The notes under the pieces: generated by a model
Databases searched by the model: none
Told to the model about the DNA's origin: nothing
What the model saw: the letters and a program-made list of their open reading frames with translations, nothing else
Shown here: positions 52,565 to 61,663 of the stretch, one piece after another
How positions within the stretch are numbered: position 1 is the stretch's first letter
Layout of the letters: each line of letters starts with the position of its first letter
Program-made: the position numbers and the translations under genes
Source of the DNA: an uncultured bacterium
GTDB lineage: Bacteria; Desulfobacterota; Binatia; HRBIN30; CADEER01
Direction: 5' to 3'
Assembly (NCBI GenBank): GCA_965651925.1
Contig: CBFGUK010000005.1
Coordinates: forward strand, 357-64,356
DNA: 64,000 nucleotides

Positions 52565-52594
52565 CAAAAAAGCCCCGCCCGGGAGGGCGGGGCC
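52565..52594 (-). terminator. Intrinsic terminator forming the expression platform of the SAM-I riboswitch
   Basis: The minus strand reads GGCCCCGCCC-TCCC-GGGCGGGGC-TTTTTTG, 17 nt upstream of the thiF-like ATG. Confidence 0.8.
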
Positions 52595-52613
52595 AAGAAC
52601 GGCACGTTCTCGC

Positions 52614-52723
52614 CTTATCTCCCCGGGCCTGTTCCCGGCTGGATTTAGCACCGGCGCCCCGGCGGACCCGGAAACCGGTTGCTGTGGCGTCACAGGGCCA
52701 GTCCCTCAGCCACTCTGGATAAG
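52614..52723 (-). promoter_or_regulatory. SAM-I (S-box) riboswitch aptamer
   Basis: The minus strand reads CTTATCCAGAGTGGCTGAGGGACTGGCCCTGTGACGCCACAGCAACCGG...GCCGGTGCTAAATCCAGCCGGGAACAGGCCCGGGGAGATAAG. This matches the conserved S-box core (CUUAUCnAGAG-GG-GAGGGAcUGGCCC-GA-CC-GCAACC ... GGUGCUAAnUCC ... AGAUaAG), with P1 formed by CTTATC/GATAAG. Confidence 0.9.
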
Positions 52724-52754
52724 GATGTTGGTCGTCAGTCTGCGGACGGGTGGA

Positions 52755-52784
52755 ACGCTACGCCAGCGTCAGCGCGCGAGTCAA
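52755..52784 (-). promoter_or_regulatory. Candidate sigma-70 promoter for the riboswitch operon (TTGACT-N18-TAGCGT)
   Basis: Minus strand: TTGACT at 52784..52779 and TAGCGT at 52760..52755, about 30 nt upstream of the aptamer. Motif resemblance only. Confidence 0.3.
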
Positions 52785-52804
52785 CCGACGCCTTGCCACG
52801 AGCG

Positions 52805-53767
52805 TCAATAGCGCGCGCCACCGGCCCCGTACGGGCCGGTGCGGCCGAACGGACCCGCGCCGCCGGGCAGTCCGAGCCCGCCGCCGGCCGGCGTCGTGCC
52901 GCGTCGCTGAGTCTGCGGCAGCTGGCGCGGCGGGATCTGGGCCACGGCGATGTCACGCGTCCGACCGGTGGTGCTGCGCAGCAGGACGAGCGGATCCCCC
53001 GACGGCGCTGGGTGCTCCTTCGTCAGGCGATCGAGTGCCTCCTCGGCCTCGCGTGCCGCTTCATGCGTCGGGTGATGGTAGGTCACGGCCGTGTAGGCGA
53101 GCACGGCCGTATCGTAGTTCTCCTGACGCTCGTAGATGCCGGCGAGGCGGAGCAGCGCCTCGCCGGAGACGTCGGTTTCCGGGAAGCGGTTGACGAGGTC
53201 GAGATAGCGGATCGCGGCGGCTTCGAGCTTGCCGTGCCGCTCGTAGTAGCGACCGACGTCGAGCTCGTGCGTCGCCAGGGTCTCACGAGTGCGCGCCAGG
53301 CGATCGCGTGCCAGCACCGCATACGGGCTGGTCGGGAACTGCTGAATCACCGCCTGGTAGTAGGCGTGCGCATTCTGCGACGCGCTCTGGTCGCGGTCCG
53401 ACGGCCGCATCTGCTGCTCGGCGCACTGGCCGAGCAGATAGCCAACCATCGGCAGGGACGGGCTGGTCGGATGCCGGCGCTGGAAGTCTGTGAACGACGC
53501 CGTCGCTTCCGGGCAGAGATTGTTCATGTACTGGGCGACGCCGATGTGCAGTTCCGCCTGCTCGCTCTGCTCGCTGAACGGATACTCGTCGAGCAAGGCG
53601 CGGTACGTCTCCACCGCCTGCGTGTAGGCGCCGAGGCGCATGTGCTCGGTGGCGAGCGCATGGTACTCGCCGGCGGCCACCGGCTGCTTCGGTCCGCAGC
53701 CGCTGGTGACGAGACCGAGGACGAGCGGCGCGCCGAGCAGCAGCGCGCGAAGTGCAGCAGGATGCAT
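52805..53767 (-). CDS. bamD: Outer membrane protein assembly factor BamD (TPR lipoprotein)
   Basis: ATG 53767 inside ORF 52805..53977. Lipoprotein signal MHPAALRALLLGAPLVLGLVTSGC. TPR-like repeats are present (YPFSEQSEQAELHIGVAQY, FPTSPYAVLARDRLA, HELDVGRYYERHGKLEAA), followed by a Gly/Pro-rich tail. Confidence 0.8.
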   Translation of the reverse strand: MHPAALRALLLGAPLVLGLVTSGCGPKQPVAAGEYHALATEHMRLGAYTQAVETYRALLDEYPFSEQSEQAELHIGVAQYMNNLCPEATASFTDFQRRHPTSPSLPMVGYLLGQCAEQQMRPSDRDQSASQNAHAYYQAVIQQFPTSPYAVLARDRLARTRETLATHELDVGRYYERHGKLEAAAIRYLDLVNRFPETDVSGEALLRLAGIYERQENYDTAVLAYTAVTYHHPTHEAAREAEEALDRLTKEHPAPSGDPLVLLRSTTGRTRDIAVAQIPPRQLPQTQRRGTTPAGGGLGLPGGAGPFGRTGPYGAGGARY

Positions 53768-53905
53768 GCGCCGACTATGCAGGACGCGGCCCGCGGTCGC
53801 AAAGCCCACCGGCGCGCACCGCGGCCGACGCTCGCCTGCGGGCGGCGCGCGGCGACGCCATTGCGCCGGCGCACCGCCTTTTGGTAGCCGGGCGCGGAAC
53901 CCCGC

Positions 53906-54532
53906 ATGGCCGGCCTCTCGCTTCCCGTCTCGCGCGCGGCGCTGCTGCTCGTCGAGCTGCAGAACGACATCGTGCACGCATCAAACATCGGCGGGCCGGG
54001 ATTCCGTGGCGTGCTCGCCGAACAGGTCCGCACCCGCGGCGTGCTCGAGCGGGCGGCCGCCCTGGCGGCGGCGGCGCGCGCCGCGCGGGTGCCGGTGGGC
54101 TACATCAACTACGCGCGCAAGCCGGACTTCCCGCGGCCGCGCACGCTCCTGCACCGGCGTACCGGCACGACGCCGACGCTGATCGAGGGCACCTGGGGGG
54201 CGGAGACGCACGAGGCGGTGGCGCCGACGGCGGCCGATTTCGTCTTCACGCGCTGCATCGGCATCGACGGCTCGTACGGCACACAGCTCTACCCGGTGCT
54301 GCGCATGCTCGGACGCGATGTGCTGCTCGTCGGCGGCGTGTCGACGACCCTCGCCGTCGAGGGACTGGTGCGTGCGTCGGTCAACCGCGGGTTCGAGCTG
54401 TTCGTCATCGAGGACTGCTGCGCCGGCGCGCCACCTGCGTGGCACGAGTTCTCGATCACCAACGTCCTGCCGCTGCTGGCGACGGTCACCTCGACCGAGG
54501 CCGTGCTCGCGGCGCTGCGGGAGGCCGCGTGA
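53906..54532 (+). CDS. Isochorismatase / cysteine hydrolase family protein
   Basis: 208-aa ORF. Contains ALLLVELQNDIV and LLVGGVSTTLAVEGLVRASVNRGFELFVIEDCCA. Confidence 0.8.
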   Translation: MAGLSLPVSRAALLLVELQNDIVHASNIGGPGFRGVLAEQVRTRGVLERAAALAAAARAARVPVGYINYARKPDFPRPRTLLHRRTGTTPTLIEGTWGAETHEAVAPTAADFVFTRCIGIDGSYGTQLYPVLRMLGRDVLLVGGVSTTLAVEGLVRASVNRGFELFVIEDCCAGAPPAWHEFSITNVLPLLATVTSTEAVLAALREAA

Positions 54533-55227
54533 GTGCCGCGCTGGCCGGGCGGCGCGTCCTGGTCACCGGGGCGTCGAGCGGCATCGGCCGCGCGCTCGTC
54601 GACCTGCTCGTGGCGCGCGGCGCGACGGTGATCGCCGCGGCGCGCCGGGCGGAGGCGCTCGCCGCGCTCGCCGACACGCTCGGCCCCGCCGTCGTGCCGG
54701 TGCCCGCCGATGTCGCCGATGGGCTTGAGGTCGCCCGGCTCGCCGCCGCGGCCGCGCCGCTCGATGCGCTCGTCAACAACGCCGGCATCGGCTACGTGGC
54801 GCCGTTCGTCGGTTCCGATCCGGCGACCTGGCAGGCGACGCTCGACACGAACCTCGTCGGCGCGCTGCGGCTGATGCACGCCGTGCTGCCCGGCATGCTC
54901 GCCGCCGGCCGCGGCGTGGTGATCAACGTCGGCTCGGCAAGCGCCTCGGGGTGGCCGTATCTCGCGCTCTACGCCGGCTCGAAGGCGGCGCTGCAGGCCG
55001 TCAGTATCGCGATCGATCGCGAGATCGCCGGCCAGGGCGTGCGCGTGCGGCATGTGGAGATCGGTCCGACGGTCGGCACGGACTTCGGGATGCGGTCCGA
55101 TCCCGCCCATCTGCCGGTTGCGGCGCGTGTCTGGACGGCGCTCGACATTCCGTGGAACGTCGGGACGGGCATGCCGGCCGACGCTGCCGGAGTGATTCTC
55201 GACGCGCTCATGGCGGAATTGTGCTGA
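54529..55227 (+). CDS. SDR family oxidoreductase
   Basis: GTG 54529 overlaps the upstream TGA. Contains RVLVTGASSGIGRALV, NNAGIG and YAGSKAALQ. Confidence 0.8.
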   Translation: MSAALAGRRVLVTGASSGIGRALVDLLVARGATVIAAARRAEALAALADTLGPAVVPVPADVADGLEVARLAAAAAPLDALVNNAGIGYVAPFVGSDPATWQATLDTNLVGALRLMHAVLPGMLAAGRGVVINVGSASASGWPYLALYAGSKAALQAVSIAIDREIAGQGVRVRHVEIGPTVGTDFGMRSDPAHLPVAARVWTALDIPWNVGTGMPADAAGVILDALMAELC

Positions 55228-55895
55228 CCGCGCGGCGCGTCCTGATGGCGGCGCTGCTCGTCGTGCTCGTCGCCGGCCTGGCGGCGTATCCGATCATGCG
55301 TGCCGCCGGCCACTACCTCGTCGAGGTCGACCCGCTCGAGCCCGCCGATGCGATCGTCGTCCTCACCGGATCGTATCCCGACCGGATCCTCGAAGCCGTC
55401 ACCCTCTACCGCGAAGGCTGGGCGCCGAACCTCGTCCTCTGCCGCGAGCCGGAGAACGCCGGGTTCCGCAAGCTGCGCGAGCTCGGGGTGCGGGTGCCGC
55501 GCTACTTCGAGCTCAACCGTACCGTCGCCGAGCAGCTCGGCGTCCCGCCGGCGGCGATCACCGTGCTCACGCGCCCGGCCGGCAGCACGTTCACCGAAGC
55601 GGAGCTGGTCGTGCAGGACGCGCTGCAGCGCGGCTACCGCACGCTGATCATCGTCACGTCGAAGTACCATGCGCGGCGGGCGAAACGGATCTACGAGGAG
55701 GTCGCCGACGGCCGCCTGCAGATCCTCATGCGACCGGCGCGCGACGACGAGTTCGATCCCGAGGGGTGGTGGCGTCACCGCCCGAGTACCCGGCGCCTGG
55801 TGTTCGAGTACCAGAAGCTGCTGACGTTCCTGCTGCTCGATCGCTGGCGGCTGCGCCAGCCGACGGCCCCGGCGGCGTCGCCGACGCCCGCGTGA
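55221..55895 (+). CDS. YdcF/ElyC (DUF218) family protein
   Basis: GTG 55221 (or ATG 55245) inside ORF 54951..55895. N-terminal TM helix, then ADAIVVLTGSYPDRILEAVTLYREGWAP and IIVTSKYHARRA. Confidence 0.75.
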   Translation: MLTARRVLMAALLVVLVAGLAAYPIMRAAGHYLVEVDPLEPADAIVVLTGSYPDRILEAVTLYREGWAPNLVLCREPENAGFRKLRELGVRVPRYFELNRTVAEQLGVPPAAITVLTRPAGSTFTEAELVVQDALQRGYRTLIIVTSKYHARRAKRIYEEVADGRLQILMRPARDDEFDPEGWWRHRPSTRRLVFEYQKLLTFLLLDRWRLRQPTAPAASPTPA

Positions 55896-55899
55896 CGCG

Positions 55900-56181
55900 A
55901 TGGCGGCCGTCGGCGGTCTCGAGGCGATCTTCCTGCGCGTCGCGCCGGTCGACATTGCGCTCGTCAAGTTCGTCTTCGAATCCTACGAGGGCGTCGGCAT
56001 CGTCCGGACGCTCGATCGGCGCGCCGCGACCGTGGTCGCGCTCGTCAGTCGCGACTTCCTTGCCGATGCGCACGGCATCATCGCCGACCTGCAGGCGCGC
56101 ATCGGGTGCGCGATCGTTCCGCCGCCGCCCGATGCGGGCGAGGACTGGCTGCTCGCGCTGCTGACCGATCAGGGCGCGTGA
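55900..56181 (+). CDS. Small hypothetical protein (DUF4911-like by recollection)
   Basis: 93-aa ORF: MAAVGGLEAIFLRVAPVDIALVKFVFESYEGVGIVRTLD. Codon usage is consistent with its neighbours. Confidence 0.45.
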   Translation: MAAVGGLEAIFLRVAPVDIALVKFVFESYEGVGIVRTLDRRAATVVALVSRDFLADAHGIIADLQARIGCAIVPPPPDAGEDWLLALLTDQGA

Positions 56182-56206
56182 CCGGCACCGCGCGCGGCGC
56201 GCCGAT

Positions 56207-56977
56207 TCACCGCTCCGCCGGCGGCGTTGCGTCGGCGGCGGGGGCGGGGGCGGGACGCTCGACCGCGAACACGTACGCGACGCCGATGCTCAGCACGTAG
56301 AGGACGAACAGCGGGCCCGCCATGAGCAGCTGCGAGGCGATGTCCGGTCCCGGCGTCAGGACCGCCGCCGTGATGAAGATGAACAGGATCGCGTAGCGCA
56401 GGTAGTGAATCATCGTGCGGTGCGTGACCGCCCCGAGGCGGGCGAGAAAGAACGTCACCACCGGCAGCTCGAACGTCAGGCCGAACGCGAGCAGCATGCG
56501 CGCGGTGAACGACAGGTATTCGCTGATGCGGATCGCCGGCGAGACGCCGATGGTCGCGTATTCGGCGAGGAAGAAGCGGTAGCCGACGGGAAAGACGACG
56601 ATGTAGCAGAAGGTCGCGCCGAGGAGGAAAAACAGCGTCGCGAAGAACACGAACGGACGCGCGTAGCGCTTTTCGTGGTCGTAGAGGCCGGGCGCGACGA
56701 ACATCCACCCCTGGTAGAAGATCACCGGGCTGGCGACGAACAGCGCGCCGATGAACGAGACCTTGAGCTTGGTGAAGAACGCCTCGGTGACGCCGGTGCC
56801 GATCAGCTCGACCTCGCCGAGCTGCAGCGCGAGCAGCGGCCACGTGAGGAGCTCGAACAGCTGGTCGGCAACGGTGTAGACGAACGCGAACGCGATCCCG
56901 ACGGCGATGATCGCGCGCACCATCCGCCAGCGCAGCTCCTCGAGGTGTGCCGTCAGCGGCATCTCGGCGCTGGTCAT
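56207..56977 (-). CDS. tatC: Twin-arginine translocase subunit TatC
   Basis: 256-aa ORF. Contains MPLTAHLEELRWRMVRAII, LKVSFIGALFVASPVIFYQGWMFVAPGLY and AVLTPGPDIASQLLMAGPL. Confidence 0.9.
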   Translation of the reverse strand: MTSAEMPLTAHLEELRWRMVRAIIAVGIAFAFVYTVADQLFELLTWPLLALQLGEVELIGTGVTEAFFTKLKVSFIGALFVASPVIFYQGWMFVAPGLYDHEKRYARPFVFFATLFFLLGATFCYIVVFPVGYRFFLAEYATIGVSPAIRISEYLSFTARMLLAFGLTFELPVVTFFLARLGAVTHRTMIHYLRYAILFIFITAAVLTPGPDIASQLLMAGPLFVLYVLSIGVAYVFAVERPAPAPAADATPPAER

Positions 56978-57007
56978 GGGAACGGATCGGGTCCGGGGGC
57001 AGGCGCG

Positions 57008-57373
57008 TCAGGCGCGCGGCGGCTCACCGCCGGCCGGGCCCGGATCGGCCGGGTTCGTGGCCGGCTGCTCGGCCGCCGCCTCGCCGGCCGCGGCGGGCGC
57101 GGCCGCGCCGGGAGCCGCCTCGCGCTGGGCGACGCCGCCCGGCAACGGACGGCCGGTGTCGCGCTGGCGGGCGGCCCGGTCGGCATCGCGCGCCTCGCGT
57201 TCGATGAGCTGCTGGGCGCTGCGCAGCTCCTCGGTCAGATCGGAGGTGGCGCGCCGGAACTCCGCCAGCCCGCGGCCGAGCGCCTTGGCCACGTCGGGGA
57301 GCCGCTTCGGGCCGAGCACGATGAGCGCGACGACCAGGATCACGAGCAGCTCGGGAAGACCGATGCCGAACAT
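57008..57373 (-). CDS. tatA: Twin-arginine translocase TatA/TatB family protein
   Basis: ATG 57373 inside ORF 57008..57412. Begins [42 protein letters not shown]. At 121 aa with a long acidic/Pro-rich tail, it could be TatB-like. Confidence 0.85.
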   Translation of the reverse strand: MFGIGLPELLVILVVALIVLGPKRLPDVAKALGRGLAEFRRATSDLTEELRSAQQLIEREARDADRAARQRDTGRPLPGGVAQREAAPGAAAPAAAGEAAAEQPATNPADPGPAGGEPPRA

Positions 57374-57510
57374 TCCTCGTGATCTCTTCCACAGATGCGC
57401 GCGGATCGCCACACGGGGCGCGGTGCCTGGTGCGCCGCCCCGCGGCGGGCGCGCACGCCGGCGGCCAGGCCCCGGTGGCCAACCGTGCGCGACTGTGGTT
57501 CGCTGGCCGC

Positions 57511-58533
57511 ATGCATACCGGCGTGGTTCTCGATGCGCGCTACCAGGAGCACGACACCGGCGCGGGGCATCCCGAACGCGCCGATCGCATCGGCGTGCTG
57601 CTGGCGCCGCTCGCCGAGCGGTCCGACGTGACGCGTCTGGCGCCGCGCCTGGCGACCGCCGACGACATCACGCTGGTGCACGGCGCCGGCCATTTCGAGC
57701 ACGTGGCGCGCTCGGCGGCGCACACGCGCTACGCGTTCGACGGCGACACGCCGGTCTGCGACCGCTCCTTCGAGATCGCCTGCCTCGCCGCCGGCGGCCT
57801 GCTGACGCTGCTCGACGAGATGATGGCCGGCCGCGTGCGCAACGGCTTCGCGCTCGTCCGTCCTCCCGGTCATCACGCCGAGCGCGAGCGCGCGATGGGG
57901 TTCTGTCTGTTCAACAACGTCGCCGTCGGCGCCGCCCACCTGCGCCACCGCCACGGCCTCGAACGCGTCATGATCGTCGACTGGGACGTTCACCACGGCA
58001 ACGGCACGCAACATGCGTTCTGGGACGATCCGGGCGTGCTCTTCGTCTCGCTGCACCGCTGGCCGTTTTATCCCGGCACCGGCGCCATCGAGGAGATCGG
58101 CGCCGGCGATGGCCGCGGCTTCACCATCAACCTGCCGTTCCCCGGGGGCTTCGGCGACGCGGAATACCTCGCCGCCTTCGAGGCGGTCGTGCAGCCGCTG
58201 GCATTGGAGTACGAGCCGCAGGCGATCCTCGTGTCCGCCGGGTTCGATCCGCATCGCCGCGATCCGCTCGGCGGCATGGGAGTCACCGAGCACGGATTTG
58301 CCGGCATGGCGCGCGCGCTGCGCGACGCGGCCGAGCGCGTCTGCGACGGGCGCCTGATCGCCGTCCTCGAGGGCGGCTACGACCTGCGCGGGATGCGCGA
58401 CTCGACCGAGGCGGTACTCGATGTGCTGTGCGGTCGCGAGGTGCCGCCCGCGCCGCCGCTGCCGCCGAGTCATGCCGGGCCGCTGCTCGAGGCGGTGAAA
58501 CGGCGGCTCGGCGACCAGTGGCGGGCACTCTGA
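57511..58533 (+). CDS. Histone deacetylase / acetoin utilisation (AcuC) family deacetylase
   Basis: ATG 57511 inside ORF 57379..58533. Contains [35 protein letters not shown] and [14 protein letters not shown]. Confidence 0.85.
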   Translation: MHTGVVLDARYQEHDTGAGHPERADRIGVLLAPLAERSDVTRLAPRLATADDITLVHGAGHFEHVARSAAHTRYAFDGDTPVCDRSFEIACLAAGGLLTLLDEMMAGRVRNGFALVRPPGHHAERERAMGFCLFNNVAVGAAHLRHRHGLERVMIVDWDVHHGNGTQHAFWDDPGVLFVSLHRWPFYPGTGAIEEIGAGDGRGFTINLPFPGGFGDAEYLAAFEAVVQPLALEYEPQAILVSAGFDPHRRDPLGGMGVTEHGFAGMARALRDAAERVCDGRLIAVLEGGYDLRGMRDSTEAVLDVLCGREVPPAPPLPPSHAGPLLEAVKRRLGDQWRAL

Positions 58534-58554
58534 GCGGCCGGGGCCGCGCCGGCG

Positions 58555-60891
58555 TCAGAAGTCCTTCTTCAGGAAGTCGAGCGTCGAGGGTTGCTGCGGC
58601 TTGCTGCTCTCGACGATGCGCACCGCCTGGATCGCGCCGGGCTGCGGCTCGCTGCCCTCGCGGAAGCATTCCAGATAGGCGCCCTCGGTCGCGGCGCGGG
58701 TGCCGGTGGCGGGATCGATGTTGACGCACTTCAGGCCGTCCGGCACCGGGAACGCGCCGGCGGGCACACTGGCCAGCGCCGCCGTCATGAAGTCCTTCCA
58801 GATCGGCGCGGCCACCTTGCCGCCGGTCTGCTTCGGCCCGAGCGGCCGCTTGTTGTCGAACCCGATCCACACCGCGGTGAGCAGCTGCGGCGTGTAGCCG
58901 ACGAACCAGGCGTCCTCGAGGTCGTTCGTCGTGCCGGTCTTCCCGGCGGTGGGCTGCCGCAGGCCGCGCGCCGCCGTGCCGGTGCCGCGGCGCACGACGT
59001 CCTGCATCATGCTCGTCATCTGGTACGCCGTGGTCTGCGGCAGGACCTGCACGAGCTCGGGATCGTTGCGCTCGAGCACCTGCCCCTGGGCGTCGGTGAT
59101 CTCGGTGATCACGATCGGCGTCGGCCGCAGGCCGTTGTTGGCGAACGGCGCGTACGCGACCGCGATCTCGAGCGGCGTCACCTCGAGCGTGCCGAGCGCG
59201 ATCGACAGGTTGCGCGGAATCGGGTCCTGGATGCCGAAGCGCGGCAGGTAGCGCGACAGATAGGTGAGGCCGACCCGCTCGGCGAGGCGCACCGTCACGA
59301 CGTTGCGCGACTTCGTCAGCGCCTCGCGCAGCGAGGTCGGCCCGTAGAACTTGCGGTCGTAGTTCTGCGGTGCCCAGATGCGGCCGTTGTCGCGGTACGA
59401 GATCGGCTCGTCGATGATCACCGAGGCGGGTGTGAAGTTGCGGTCGAGCGCCGCGGCGAAGATCAGCGGCTTGAACGCCGACCCCGGCTGGCGTCGCGCC
59501 TGGACGGCGCGGTTGAACTGGCTGCGATCGAAGTCGTACCCGCCGACGATCGCGCGCACGTACCCGGTCGCCGGCTCGATCGCGACCAGCGCGCCTTCGA
59601 GCAGCGGGCTCGGATCGTATTCGAACGTCACCCGCTCGTCGTCGTCGTTCTCGGGCGGCAGCGCGCGGGCGCGGATCAGATCCATGAGCCGCAGCGTCGT
59701 CGGTGAGCGCCCGGTCGGGGAGGTCGGCACGATGAGATCGCCGGAGAACGGGCCGACCTGCACGCGCGCGCCGCTGCCGCGGACGCTGGTGACCAGCGCC
59801 TCGTAGCTGAAATCCGACTCGGGCCGCTGCATGCCGCGGAACGCCGCGGTCTGCAGCTTCAGGTAGATCTCGCGCTGCTCGGGCGACATGCGCCGATAGG
59901 CGTCGCGGAAGCCGTCACGCTCCGCCGACAGTGTCTCGATGCCGGCGCGCAGCGCGCGCTCGGCTTCGCGCTGCATGCGCACGTCGAGCGTCGTGTGCAC
60001 GCGCAGCCCGAGCTCGTAGAGCACCGTGCGGCCGTACTTGTCCTCGAGCAGACGGCGGACGTGCTCGACGAAATACGGCGCCGCCTGGAAGCTGCCCTTG
60101 CGGCTGCTGAGCGCGATCGGCTCGACCAGCGCCGCGTCGCGCTGCTCGCGATCGAGGAACCCTTCCTCGTACATGCGGTTGAGCACGTAGCGCTGCCGCC
60201 CCTTCGCCTCCGGCCAGTGCGCGTAGGGCGAGTAGCGACTCGGGGCCTGCGGCAGGCCGGCGAGCAGGGCCGCCTCCGGCACCGTCAGCTCGCTGACCGG
60301 CTTGCCGAAGTATTCCTGCGCCGCGGCGGCCACGCCGTACGCGCCGGCGCCGAGGTAGATGTGGTTGAGATAGAGGGTGAGGATCTGATCCTTCGTCAGC
60401 TCGCCTTCGAGCCGCGTCGAGAGGATCACTTCCTTCAGCTTGCGTTCGTAACTCTTCTGCGGCGTCAGCAGCAGCGTCTTCACCACCTGCTGCGTGATCG
60501 TGCTGCCGCCCTGCACCTTGCCGCCGGCGAGCACGTTGTTGACGAAGGCGCGCAGGACGCCCTGGGCGTCGACGCCGCGGTGGTCGTAGAAGGCGTCGTC
60601 CTCGGCGGCGATGAACGCCTGCCGGACGTGCACCGGGATCTGCTCGAGGGGAACCAGGTAGCGCTTCTGCGAGTAGAACTCGCCGATCAGCGTCCCGTCG
60701 GCGGCGAAAATCTGGGTCGTCGTCGGCGGCTGATAGTCGACCGCCGCCTGAATCGGCGGCAGGCTGGCCATGAACTCGCGGTAGACGAACGCACCGAGCA
60801 CGCCGGCGACGACGAGGGCGACGACCACCGCCGCAAGGAAGAGGCGTCGCACGACCAGAAACGGACGACGCCGGGTGCGGCTCACAGCCAT
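58555..60891 (-). CDS. mrcA: Penicillin-binding protein 1A (bifunctional transglycosylase/transpeptidase)
   Basis: 778-aa ORF. Contains AFIAAEDDAFYDHRGVD, GGSTITQQVVK and RKLKE (GT51 motifs), plus PGSAFKP (SxxK) and KTGTTN (KTG). Confidence 0.9.
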   Translation of the reverse strand: MAVSRTRRRPFLVVRRLFLAAVVVALVVAGVLGAFVYREFMASLPPIQAAVDYQPPTTTQIFAADGTLIGEFYSQKRYLVPLEQIPVHVRQAFIAAEDDAFYDHRGVDAQGVLRAFVNNVLAGGKVQGGSTITQQVVKTLLLTPQKSYERKLKEVILSTRLEGELTKDQILTLYLNHIYLGAGAYGVAAAAQEYFGKPVSELTVPEAALLAGLPQAPSRYSPYAHWPEAKGRQRYVLNRMYEEGFLDREQRDAALVEPIALSSRKGSFQAAPYFVEHVRRLLEDKYGRTVLYELGLRVHTTLDVRMQREAERALRAGIETLSAERDGFRDAYRRMSPEQREIYLKLQTAAFRGMQRPESDFSYEALVTSVRGSGARVQVGPFSGDLIVPTSPTGRSPTTLRLMDLIRARALPPENDDDERVTFEYDPSPLLEGALVAIEPATGYVRAIVGGYDFDRSQFNRAVQARRQPGSAFKPLIFAAALDRNFTPASVIIDEPISYRDNGRIWAPQNYDRKFYGPTSLREALTKSRNVVTVRLAERVGLTYLSRYLPRFGIQDPIPRNLSIALGTLEVTPLEIAVAYAPFANNGLRPTPIVITEITDAQGQVLERNDPELVQVLPQTTAYQMTSMMQDVVRRGTGTAARGLRQPTAGKTGTTNDLEDAWFVGYTPQLLTAVWIGFDNKRPLGPKQTGGKVAAPIWKDFMTAALASVPAGAFPVPDGLKCVNIDPATGTRAATEGAYLECFREGSEPQPGAIQAVRIVESSKPQQPSTLDFLKKDF

Positions 60892-60970
60892 GCACGGTCG
60901 ACGTTACCGCCCGACCGGTCCTTGTCAAGCAACGCTCGCGCGCGCCGCCGCCGCACCCGCACGGTTCCGT

Positions 60971-61663
60971 TCATCGCGCCGTCGCGCCGCCGCGTGCGCG
61001 GCGCGCCACCGCCGTCGTCCCCGCCGTCCCCGCCCGGCGCGTGCGCGGCGCCGCCCACGAACAGATCGGGCACTGTCGCGCGTCGTGTCCACGCGCCGGA
61101 CAGTGCGCGCGACCGAAGTAGATGATCTGCAGATGCAGCCGCGCCCACGCGTCGCGCGGGAACGTGCGCTTCAGGTCGCGCTCGGTGCGCGCGACGCTGG
61201 AACCGTCCGACAGACCCCAGCGTGCCGCGAGTCGGTGGATGTGCGTGTCGACCGGAAAGGCCGGCACGCCGAACGCCTGGACCATGACGACGCTCGCCGT
61301 CTTGTGTCCGACTCCGGGCAGGGCTTCGAGCGCCGCGAAGTCCGCCGGCACCTCGCCGCCGTGCTCCGCGACCAGCTGCTGCGCGAGCTGCTTGAGATGC
61401 CGTGCCTTCTGCGGTGCAAGCCCGCAGGTGCGGATCAGTGCCAGGATCTCGTCTTCGTCGAGTGCAGCGAGCGCTGCCGGTGTGGGAGCGCGGTCGAACA
61501 GCGCCGGGGTGACGAGATTGACGCGCGCGTCGGTGCACTGCGCCGACAGCACCACCGCGACGAGCAGCGTGAACGGATCGCGATGCTCGAGCGGGATCGG
61601 CGGGTCGGGGTCGTGCGCGTCGAGAATCGCCTGGATGCGCCGCGCCTTCTCGGCGCGCGTCAT
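60971..61663 (-). CDS. nth: Endonuclease III (DNA glycosylase/AP lyase)
   Basis: ATG 61663 overlaps the upstream TGA (ATGA). Contains FTLLVAVVLSAQCTDARVN, LPGVGHKTASVVM (HhH-GPD) and VDTHIHRLAARWGL. Confidence 0.85.
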   Translation of the reverse strand: MTRAEKARRIQAILDAHDPDPPIPLEHRDPFTLLVAVVLSAQCTDARVNLVTPALFDRAPTPAALAALDEDEILALIRTCGLAPQKARHLKQLAQQLVAEHGGEVPADFAALEALPGVGHKTASVVMVQAFGVPAFPVDTHIHRLAARWGLSDGSSVARTERDLKRTFPRDAWARLHLQIIYFGRAHCPARGHDARQCPICSWAAPRTRRAGTAGTTAVARRARGGATAR

